64,000 bases of DNA from Octopus vulgaris (Eukaryota), in contig OX597814.1 in assembly GCA_951406725.2 (NCBI GenBank), positions 63,426,001 through 63,490,000 on the forward strand. Reading direction: 5' to 3'. Shown piece after piece: positions 53,987 to 64,000 of this stretch (positions within the stretch are counted from its first letter, which is position 1; every line of letters begins with the position of its first letter). Made by a program: the position numbers and the translations under genes. The notes below the pieces were generated by a model that was given only the letters and a program-made list of their open reading frames with translations, did not search any database and was not told where the DNA came from.

Positions 53987-54048
<62 letters not shown>

Positions 54049-55222
54049 TGGATAAGAACTTTTAGCATTTGGGCATACACTCTACATTATTCATTATATT
54101 TTCCAGCTATGTTTCTGTGTGTGTGTATGTATGTGAGAGAGAGTGTAAGTGTGTTTGTTAAATGATTGAAAATACATTTAATCAAGTTTATCGAAGAACA
54201 CGATCATGTCCTGCATGAGTTTGTATAGATGATTCTATTGATAAAAATTTTATAGACACTCGGGTGTGGGGTAGAAGAAATACATAAAAGAATATATTTA
54301 GCGCTTTTTATCTCATGCCTTTAGCCATATAATTAAAATGAATAGGAGACATAGGCTTCGTTAGAATAGTATCAATGTCGGCAAGTACGAGGAATAATTC
54401 CAGGCATGATTTGGTCCTATTGGACTTCATCGGGAAACCATAAATTTGAACGTAATGAACGAAGTATTGCTGGGAAAATAGCAAAGAAAATTTAAAACAA
54501 TTACTTTTGTTGTTTAAATTGAACTCAGCCCTAATTTAATAAAATGTGACAGAAGGCTCTGTATGCTTTTAGTTTGACAGTGTATCTTTTAGTTGGTGTA
54601 TTCTAGACAACTCTGCTTCGAATTCCTTTTCGTTAAGACGGTGTAATATAAGTAAACAAAACACAGATATTTTGTTAGGATCTTCGGCGTCTTAAATTCA
54701 TAATAACAGCGGTATCTCTATTTATGGGGCTTCTTTTAGTGATCGTGAACTTGCTGCTTATGTTATATAATTCCGGTTAACTATAATTCCTGTTAATTAC
54801 TGTTGCTTTTGGTGATGTTAATAATGAGTCAAGATTAGTACTGATTATGATATTGGACATAATAATAAAGATTATAGAGTTGACGATGATGATATTGACA
54901 ATTTTAGTGATGATGATCCTCATCATCATTCTCATCGTTTATACTGAGACGGTAAAAAAGAGGAATAATGGTGGGTAAGCTTAGAGTGGTACTTAGGATC
55001 AACAACTGGGTGTTACTTTTAATACGGCTGATGAATGTTATGATTATTTTTATTTTTAATATTTAATCTGAGGAGAAAAGTCAATACGCATAGACTTCCT
55101 AATCTATTGCCGCAATACTTAAAATGATATTAGATTTTGACTAATATTATCTTTTCCTTCGTACGTAATTATTTCTTAATCAGCTCACTCTATTAAATAC
55201 GTTAATATTAACTAAAGTATTA

Positions 55223-55432
55223 AGGCGGTGAGCTAGTAGAATCGTTACAGCACCAGTATTAAAAAATGCTTAGTGGCATTTTTTACGATTTTACGTTCTG
55301 AGTTCAAATACCTCCTGGGTTGACTTTACCTCCCACTTTTCGGGGTCGATAAAATAAGTACTAGTTAAACACTAGAGTCAACATAATTGGCCTACCCCGC
55401 GCTAATTGCTAAACTTGTGCCAAAATTTTAAA
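55223..55432 (+). mobile_element. SINE family C
   Basis: ggcggtgagctagtagaatcgtt...gagttcaaatac...ggggtcgataaaataagta. Further copies at ~45497 (+) and ~56153, ~57990, ~63175 (-). Confidence 0.75.
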
Positions 55433-56295
55433 CCAATATTGACGTAGGTTTTGTTTTTCTGCGCATAACGGCTCTGTTAATTTATACTTCATCCAGAGTA
55501 CAATTATGAGTATTTATTCAATATTTCCTGCCAGTATTCAGCAAATACGGTGACCGCTATGCTTCTCTAACGTAGACGGTCATGTATGAAGCTGCATTTT
55601 AGCATTTTCTACTTTTTGAGATGTTATATCAAATACATCCTCCACTCGCATAGCATTTGGGAATACGGTAACTTTCGATTTGTTAATTTGATATTTTGAT
55701 TTATATTTGTTTTGCCGATAATAATGTTGTTCACCTTGTTGTAGTTGTTATTGCTGGTGATCGTGGTGGTGGTAGCAGCGGTGGTATTGGTGATGGTGGT
55801 GGTTTTGGTGCTGGTGATGATGTTGGGGGTGTATGAGTAGAATTTTTATGTTTGTGATTTCACAAATTGTTTTTCTCGCCATTTTTTTTTATATCTTCAT
55901 TGTCATTGATGTTTCGTTCGGCACTGGTGATGCTAGTAATGGTAGGGTCAGTATTGATGTGTTGTATTCGTCGGTGGTATTAAGGTTGTTGTTAATATTG
56001 CTATTATTGTTCATACATTCTGTATTAACTGGTAGTTCGGAGACAGTAATATTGTTATTGTATTGGAGTTGATACCTCACTCTTTATTGATGAAGTATTT
56101 TTCATAACTAAATCACATAAGTTTGCGAAAAGCAACAAAATTAGTCCCGAATATCGACCCCGAAAGGATGAAAAACAAACTCAAACTCGGCGGAATTTTA
56201 ACTCAGAACATAGCAGCAGACGAATGCTGCTAAGCATTTTCCCCGGCGTGCTAACGATTCGACAATAATAATAATAATAATAATAATAATACAAT

Positions 56296-57350
56296 ATGAA
56301 TGGAGAACTCCACCCAAGAGCAGCGGTAGCAAGATTATACCTACCTAGAAAGGAAGGTGGAAGAGGGTTAATATCAGTGGAAGACACTTCAGTATAGCTA
56401 ATTGTGAAGCAATTTTTTTAAAAGCTTCTAGAGTGACAGTAAGACATGCGGAAACCAAAATACCAAGCGAAATTAAAAACCAGAAAAAAACCCGAAATTA
56501 TCTGACTGGCAAGTGAAAGCGTTGCATGTTAGATTCCCAACGATAGTTGTAGCAAATATTAGTAGTGAGACATTGTTATGTTTGCAGAAAGAAAGCTGAA
56601 GATGTATACAGAAAGTTTGTTAGTAGCTGCACAAAATCAAGCATTAATGACTAATTGCATGAACGCCAAAATAGAAAAAAACCAAGTAGATTCCCAATGT
56701 AGATTATGCGAATCAATAGAGGAAAGCGTTACTCATACACTAAGTGAATGTAGCATGCTGGCACACAAAGAATACACGGAAAAACATGACAATCTTTTGA
56801 GAGCAGTCCACTGGGAGCTTTGTAGAAAGCTAAGATTTGAACATACTGATAAATGGTATGAGCATGAACCTCGTAAATAACTAGAAAGTCAGAAGTACAT
56901 GATGTTGTGGTACTTTAACATCAGGCGTTCTAGCTTCTATTACTCTGTACAGACTGACAGAGTAATAGAAGCTAGAAGACCTGATTTGAAAGTAGTAGAT
57001 AAAGAGAGTAGAAAGTCTCAGATAATTGACTTTACAGTCCCAAATGAGGAACAAATATGAGAAGTATAGAAAAAATAGCAAAATACCAGGACCTAGAATT
57101 ACAGAGACTATGGAAAGTGCGGGTAAAATGCATCCCAGTAGTTATAGGTGCATTGGGAACTGTGCCTAAAGACCTGAATAGATGGATGAAGGAAATAGGA
57201 ATAAAAGCCAGTTTAGTACAGCTACAGAAAACTGTGTTATTATGGAACAGCTAGGGTACTTAGGGGTGTTCTTGGAATCTAACGTTACTTGCTGCAACCC
57301 GATAGGAGGGTTCTTGGCATCTAAGGCAACTTGTCGTTGCATGATATTAA
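56296..57350 (+). mobile_element. Dong/R4-like REL non-LTR retrotransposon, 5'-truncated and degenerate, in (TAA)n
   Basis: LHPRAAVARLYLPRKEGGRGL, CCHC knuckle CRLCESIEESVTHTLSEC, and RPDL..IIDF.VP..EKIAKYQDL..IPVVIGALG. Confidence 0.88.
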
Positions 57351-57452
57351 GATTTTTTTTCTTTTCTAGTAGTCTAATCTGTTGAGTATTTATAAATGAT
57401 AATAATGATGATAATGATTATGATGATGATGATGATGATGATTATGATGATG

Positions 57453-57519
<67 letters not shown>

Positions 57520-57522
<3 letters not shown>

Positions 57523-57812
57523 TCAGCAACTGGAAGGCCCCGGGACCAGATGGAATTCAAGGCTACTGGATCAAAAGATTTGGTGAATGTCATGCACAAA
57601 TAGCTGCAAAATTCAACAACTTGTTAAATACTGACCAAGTAACACCAGAGGAGTTGAAAATGGGCAGGACAGTACTGTGCTTGAAAAACATCGAAAAAGG
57701 GAATACGATAGACAATTACGGGCTGATATCCTGCTTGCCACTTATATGGAAATTATTGGCTGGAATAGTCACAGAGTCGTTGTACGGTCATCTGGAAAAA
57801 ATGGAGTCCTTC
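57520..57812 (+). mobile_element. Dong/R4-like RT N-terminal fragment directly after (TAA)n
   Basis: KISNWKAPGPDGIQGYWIKRF...GRTVL...DNYGLISCLPLIWKLL. Confidence 0.8.
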
Positions 57813-58169
57813 CACATTTGCAGAGCATTTGCAGAAAACAACACTGCTTGGAACCGCTCGAATACTCCGGATGGTACTCGAAAATTATGGGGCGTTACCT
57901 TAGTTCACTGGTAGTGAACAGCTGATGCTGTAGTACATCTCTAGCGTTAGAAGCTTTGCAAAGACAATAAAGTAATAATAATGATAATCCTTTCTATAAA
58001 GTGCACATGGCCTGAAATTTGGGGGAGGGGTATAAGCGATTTCATCGACTCCACTGTTTCACTGGACCCTGAAAGTATGAAAGTCAAAGTCGACCTCAGA
58101 ACGTAAACACGGACGAAATGTCGCTAAGCAGTTTGCTCGGTGTGATAACGATTCTGCCTGCTCGTCGCC

Positions 58170-58229
<60 letters not shown>

Positions 58230-58236
<7 letters not shown>

Positions 58237-59740
58237 TAATAACAATTGAGTTAGTGCAGATGTCTGATAATATTTTGAATGTTATTAAGTTATCAATGAC
58301 AAACTGGAGTACAGAGTTAACGTCATGTGGAGAATTTATGGCGCAGGTTAACACCAGTCACCATTTAGATTGTGATTTGTTTGATATCCCTCACATTATT
58401 ATATATCGGGCACACTTTAAAAATTGGAGAACAGTTGAATCACCTGTTAAGTACAGATGACTTAAACATCTTCGGTATGAGTGAGCGTGAAATACCTGAT
58501 TTGCTTTCAACAGTCAGATATTCAGTAAGGTTATATTGATGGAATTTGGGATTAATATGTGGGAATGCTTACAATAAAAAAGCAAAGTATTATCATCTGA
58601 TGGTGTAGAATTACACAACGACGACCGAATTAATGCTGCTGAGCTGGATGGAACTAGGTATGTAGTTAATTTGGAGTACGACATAATAAAGGAAGGAATG
58701 CTTTAGAGGAGAATACCTCAGGAGAACCAAGTTAACTATGAAGGGTAGAACCAATGGAAAGAACAAGATCAGAGTAATGAATACATAGGCCTTCTCCTTA
58801 ATGCGATATGGTGCAGGTTTTGTTGGATGGACGAGCGTTAGTAAATGGAACAAAAACCAGGTAAATGTTGAAACAAAGCTGCACTCCAAAAGCGATGTCG
58901 ATAGACTGTATGTGTCTACAAGCAAGTGAGGAAGGGGTTTTATAGCATGCAATACAATAAAACCCCTTGATAGCTTCGATTTTATGTTGTGAATGGGGAA
59001 AACAGCTTGAGATAATGCGTCAAACAGCAGATTGAACCTTTGATTCTTGATTGAAGCAACAACACGTTACCGAAAAGAATTGAAGAAACATGATGGAGAA
59101 CAATGGTTCAACAAGTGGAAAGTGAAAGTTAGGTATGGGGCAATACCTCAGAGAAATGAAAGGGAAAAGCATATGATAATCAACTTATGGGTGTGGCTAT
59201 AGAAAAGTTATCTGAAAGGATGCAGTGAGGTATTGATATGCAGCACTCGGAAACAAGATCTTAGAACTAACTACACCAAATAGAAAAGTATAGTGAATTA
59301 CCCATTTGTAAGATGTGTGGCAGATTGGGATGGGTGTAGAACATTGGCTCAAAAGAAGCAAAAAAAGAGGCATAATAACGTAGCTAAATATGTTCATTGC
59401 CAATTATGAGAGAAGTACGTTCCTAAAAGGACATTGAAATGGAGCGGGCATAAGCCAGAAGATTTTAACGAGAATAATGATTATAAGAGATTGTGGGATT
59501 TTACAATCTATTGTGATTCAGACATTGTTGTAGTTGATAAAGTGACGAAGGAAAGCAAGATCGCAGATATTGCCATACCTGGTGAAGAATTGGAAAAGAC
59601 TGCGAAGTACAAACCACTAAAAGATGATATTGCATGAATGTAGGCAATGAAGAAATAACTGTCATTCCAGTAGCTGGGACATCGAGACTTCTAACTTGTC
59701 TCTTGAGGTTTCTGGGTGGGACTTGGAATCAACTTGCGCA
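58230..59740 (+). mobile_element. Highly degenerate Dong/R4-like element (RT to REL)
   Basis: Remnants SMTNWSTEL, EYLRRTK, LMRYGAG, LHSKSDVDRLYV, RHNNVAKYVH and LWDFTI..DIVVVDK..DIAIPG. Flanked by (TAA)n. Confidence 0.75.
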
Positions 59741-59791
59741 AATACAAAGCAAAAGCCAAATAAATAAATAGATAAATAAATTAAATAAATA

Positions 59792-59874
<83 letters not shown>

Positions 59875-59924
59875 TAATAATAATGATAATAATAATAATA
59901 ATGATAATGATGATGATGATGATG

Positions 59925-60028
<104 letters not shown>

Positions 60029-60047
60029 TATGATGATAATGAAAATG

Positions 60048-60111
<64 letters not shown>

Positions 60112-60112
<1 letters not shown>

Positions 60113-60863
60113 CAGAGGGATTTTTAATTGCAGCACAAGACCAAAGCCTCCCCACCAGAAATTACCAAAACATGTAATGAAAAGAAATATTACAAGTAAC
60201 TGCAGAATATGTGGAGATGGACAAGAAACAATAAATCATATTATCTCTAGCTGCCCAGTCCTGGCTAAGAAGGAATATATTCACAGACATGACAGAGTTG
60301 GAACCTACATACATTGGAAGCTATGCCAACATTATGGAATAACAACAGAAAAAAGATGGTATAGGCACACACCAGAAAAGGTCACAGAAAACGAGAAAGC
60401 AACCATACTCTGGGATATGCCGATACACACGGATAGAGAAATTAAGGCCAACAGACCAGATATAGTTGTCAGAGATCATGAAGAAAAAAATGCTTTCTAA
60501 TTGATGTATCAATACCGGCAGATGGCAACGTGTCTCTAAAAGAAATGGAGAAACTCTCAAAATACAAAGACCTGGAAATAGAGGTAACTAGAATGTGGAA
60601 TCTGAAAACAGAAACAATTCCTATCATAGTAGGTGCATTAGGCATGATAAAAAAATATTCAGACAAAAACATAACAAAAACACCAGGACTTACAAACACA
60701 TATAACATACAGAAAATTGCACTACTAGGCACTGCACACATCCTACGCAGAACACTTTCCATACAATAACCATCAGAGCATCACAACAAATCACAGCACA
60801 TACCCAAGGCACACAGAGCTGCGCTCGGTAGTGAAGTGAAAGCACGCTATAAAAATAAAACTA

Positions 60864-60868
<5 letters not shown>
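60112..60868 (+). mobile_element. Young 5'-truncated Dong/R4-like element (CCHC, REL endonuclease and 3' UTR) inserted in (TAA)n
   Basis: SEGFLIAAQDQSL, CRICGDGQETINHIISSC, RHDRV, WDMPIHTDREIKANRPDIV, LIDVSIP, EKLSKYKDL, IPIIVGALG. Only two 1-nt frameshifts, both in A-runs. (TAA)n on both sides. Confidence 0.93.
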
Positions 60869-60956
<88 letters not shown>

Positions 60957-61314
60957 CATAATAGTAACAGAAATATTAAAGTCTTTAACTACCATGAATA
61001 TAGCGAAAACGAAAAATACTGAAATACATTAGCAAATACGAAATATAATGTACTTCTCGGCAGGGGAGGAAGATAAATGCAGCATGTTGTTTTCCATGAG
61101 GATGATGATGGCTGGGAATTAATGTAAGAATGGTTATAAGGAAATGATCGTGAATATAATGATGGTGGTAAGAACGATGAAAATAATGTTGCTATCTCAT
61201 CACAGTATGATCTAACGGATGTTGCTAATAATTTAGTTTCCATTTACTTCTCAATCAAGTATATCAATCATCAAATAGAATGTCAAAGTGCGTTTGGGTA
61301 TGTATGAGAAGGAT

Positions 61315-61636
61315 AGTGTGTGTGTGTGTGTGTCTATATGCATATTTTTTTATGTATGTGTGTATATATTTTATATATGCTTGTGTGTGTGAGTGTGTGT
61401 GTATGTATGTATGTATGCATGTATGTAAGTATGTATGCATGTATGTATGTATGTATGTATGTATGTATGTATGTATGTGTGTATGTGTGTATGTGTGTGT
61501 TTGTGTGTGTGTGTGTGTGTATGTGTGTGCATGTGTGCAATTATATGTCTATAAGCATGTTCTTGCTGTATGCATGTATATATTTTTATATGCTTAAATA
61601 TACATACATATATATATGTCTATATATGTATGTATT

Positions 61637-61669
<33 letters not shown>

Positions 61670-61777
61670 ATATAAATACATACATATATATATATGGATG
61701 TATGTGTGTGTGAGTGTGTCTGTATGTATGTATGTATGCATGTATGTATTATGTATTTGTGTATATGTGTGTGCGTA

Positions 61778-61818
<41 letters not shown>

Positions 61819-61820
61819 AT
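61315..61820. repeat. Compound (TG)n/(TATG)n/(TA)n microsatellite
   Basis: Directly visible in the sequence. Confidence 0.95.
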
Positions 61821-62304
61821 ACTTTTAATTCGTGTTTGTTTGCGCTTATCAATATGGAGATACATATGGCTGAGAAATGTGGGAGAATACGAGCGAAAAT
61901 ATGACTGAGAGTAGAAGTAAGAGGTTGAGGAAGCTAGAGAGAAAATCGATGACGTGGTTTTAATTATGATTTATATCCAAACATTGTCTTTAAGTTGACT
62001 CTGATCGAGCAAATCTAAAATCAAAACACTCCAGCAATGATCATTCCATCTCTTTCACTACTTTTATTTCTTTTTAAAACATCGCGTAACCTAGGCTATT
62101 TTTAACCAGTGCGTACTTTAATTAAGATGCTAAGTAGGTAAGTATAGTTTGATTGACTGCTACTTCTAGCAAGTTTTTATTCTATCTTTATGTTCTGCTG
62201 GATCGTCCGGTTGGACATTGTAAACTATAATCACGAGAACAAATCATATCTAACATACTTTGAGTAATGCAGAATCTACAGTTTCTGGTAATATTCATTA
62301 ATCA

Positions 62305-62338
<34 letters not shown>

Positions 62339-62734
62339 TAGAGAGAGAGAGAGAAAGAGAGAGGGTGGGGAGCGATTGGTACCAAGGATGCGAGAGTTGG
62401 AGAGATAGATACAGAGAATAGAAAATATAAGCATGCACTCATTTCGGCTGTAAGCGATGAAAACCGAAAAGTTAACTACAATGATTGTTGCTGCAGGCTA
62501 TACTAGGTATGCATAAATTGTAATTTGAACAGCAAGTAAGAAAATGTAACAAGAGTAACAATGGACATGCATTAAAATAATAAAATAAGAACAGTAATAA
62601 ATGAGTGAAGAAGAAATGTATAGTGCGTGTGTTATTTGGCAAAAAAAAATGACCATCCTGAAATGCAACAATATTGATTTCACATCAGGAATCTTGCAAC
62701 ACAAATTGATAACCGTAAATAGTAAAAGACTTAC

Positions 62735-62843
62735 AGGATAATTTCGAAAGATAGCAATCTCTTTTGGTTTCTTTGACCACGGTGGAAATTTAAGAGTGAC
62801 TCCGTTTAAATACAGAATAAAAAGTGAGGCACACACAGCTGTT
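62735..62843 (-). CDS. SLC23A2: SLC23/NAT transporter exon (TAVCASLFILYLNGVTLKFPPWSKKPKEIAIFRNYP); upstream exons are outside the window
   Basis: atttcag| ... |gtaagt, 109 nt, phase 2-0. It joins in frame to the 53902 exon and corresponds to the LFSQY..NV..P....LFKxFP segment of SVCTs. Confidence 0.85.
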
Positions 62844-64000
62844 CTGAAATATCAACAATAACGAATGTTAATTATGATATTTAACTTGGATGCATAGTTA
62901 CAGATCTGGCTTTTTGATACTGTCGTTTGAGTTGATCTTTTTCTTGCTTAGTGCTTTATAATATCGACCACAGAAGGATGAATGGAAATGTTAATTCCGG
63001 TGTGATTTGAAACTCAGAACGTATGTAAATGTAACAAGGCATTTTGTTCACCACTCTCTTGATTTTCACAAATCCTACAATTATTTCCACAAACAATGTC
63101 AATTTATTCATGATTATACATTTAGTGAAGGACACGGAAGATTAAGTTAACTCTAGTAAGGAATATTGGTTTAAAATTTTAGTTCAAGGCCAGTAATTTT
63201 GAGGTAGAGGCATGTCGATTACATGGAACCTAATGCTCAACTACTACTTATTTCGTCAATTCCGACAGGATGAAAGGCAAAATCGACGTCAGTAAAACTT
63301 GAGCTCAAAACATGAAGACGGACGAAATACTGTTAACGATTCTGTTAGCCCGTACCCTTCTCTAGTAAGAACTATTAAATCGATTTCAGTATTTGAATGG
63401 TCCTTATTTTATCGATATACAAATTTGAGTGGCAATTTGTGTATCAGGTGTAAAATGAAGAAAGTCAAAGCTGATATCAACAGCATTTTAACACGGAATG
63501 AAAAAGGTTACTTAACTAAATACCGCAGATATTTTGTCTAGCACTCTAAAATTGTTCTGTATCCAAGTATTTCATGTTATCGATTGCAGTGACCATAAGA
63601 CAACATATTTTGAAGTACGCAGTATATTACATGAACCACACCACTTTACTTTATAAAGTACAGAAGGATGACAGATAATACTGGTTATGGGACGTTTTGA
63701 ACTTGGGGCGTAAGTGAATTCCACTAAACAGAAGATATTTTTACACCCATCACCTTAACAATTATATAACAGATATATAATTTCTAACGCCGGTACCAGG
63801 CCACACATGTTTGGTGGAAGTCTTTAAGTTGATTCATTTTACTGAACCAGGAATGGTTGACAACGGCATCTCCGAGAGAATTCAAAAACAGAACTAAATG
63901 CTACGAAAGATTTCAGTTAATGAACATCTGTTTTCATATGAGTATATTGGTTATGAGGAATTAATGCTATATTACTGGAATTTGTTTTAACACTGATGAG

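Noticed and set aside
63991-64000. CTGATGAG at the window edge as the start of another hammerhead
   Set aside because: It is truncated by the window boundary and cannot be evaluated.

Overview
This window is eukaryotic, AT-rich and very microsatellite-dense genomic DNA. The repeat landscape looks like a cephalopod (Octopus-type) genome; that is an inference, not a database result. One host gene is clearly supported: the last six coding exons of an SLC23/NAT (nucleobase-ascorbate transporter) gene on the minus strand (62843 to 41260). Every splice junction is GT-AG and phase-compatible, giving about 372 aa; the 5' exons lie beyond the window. Its NAT signature motif is atypical (T-H-I-A instead of [P/Q/E]-N-x-G). 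The rest is a layered set of mobile elements. These comprise RTE, CR1-like and REL-endonuclease (R4/Dong-like) LINEs, two Penelope-like elements, a Ty3/Gypsy remnant, Tc1/mariner/pogo-like DNA transposons, Helitrons and three tRNA-derived SINE families. Notable structures: (1) at least five different hammerhead-ribozyme-like motifs, mostly with palindromic stem III; (2) a Penelope copy with a 5' inversion that leaves an open GIY-YIG ORF without the RT catalytic core; (3) a LINE and a SINE family sharing a 3' tail with a structurally conserved hairpin; (4) REL retrotransposons stacked in (TAA)n and in (CATA)n tracts; (5) several template-switch inverted duplications. No CRISPR array, rRNA or true tRNA gene was seen. 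Most ORFs in the supplied track are microsatellite artefacts. Repeat boundaries were read by eye and are approximate unless stated.
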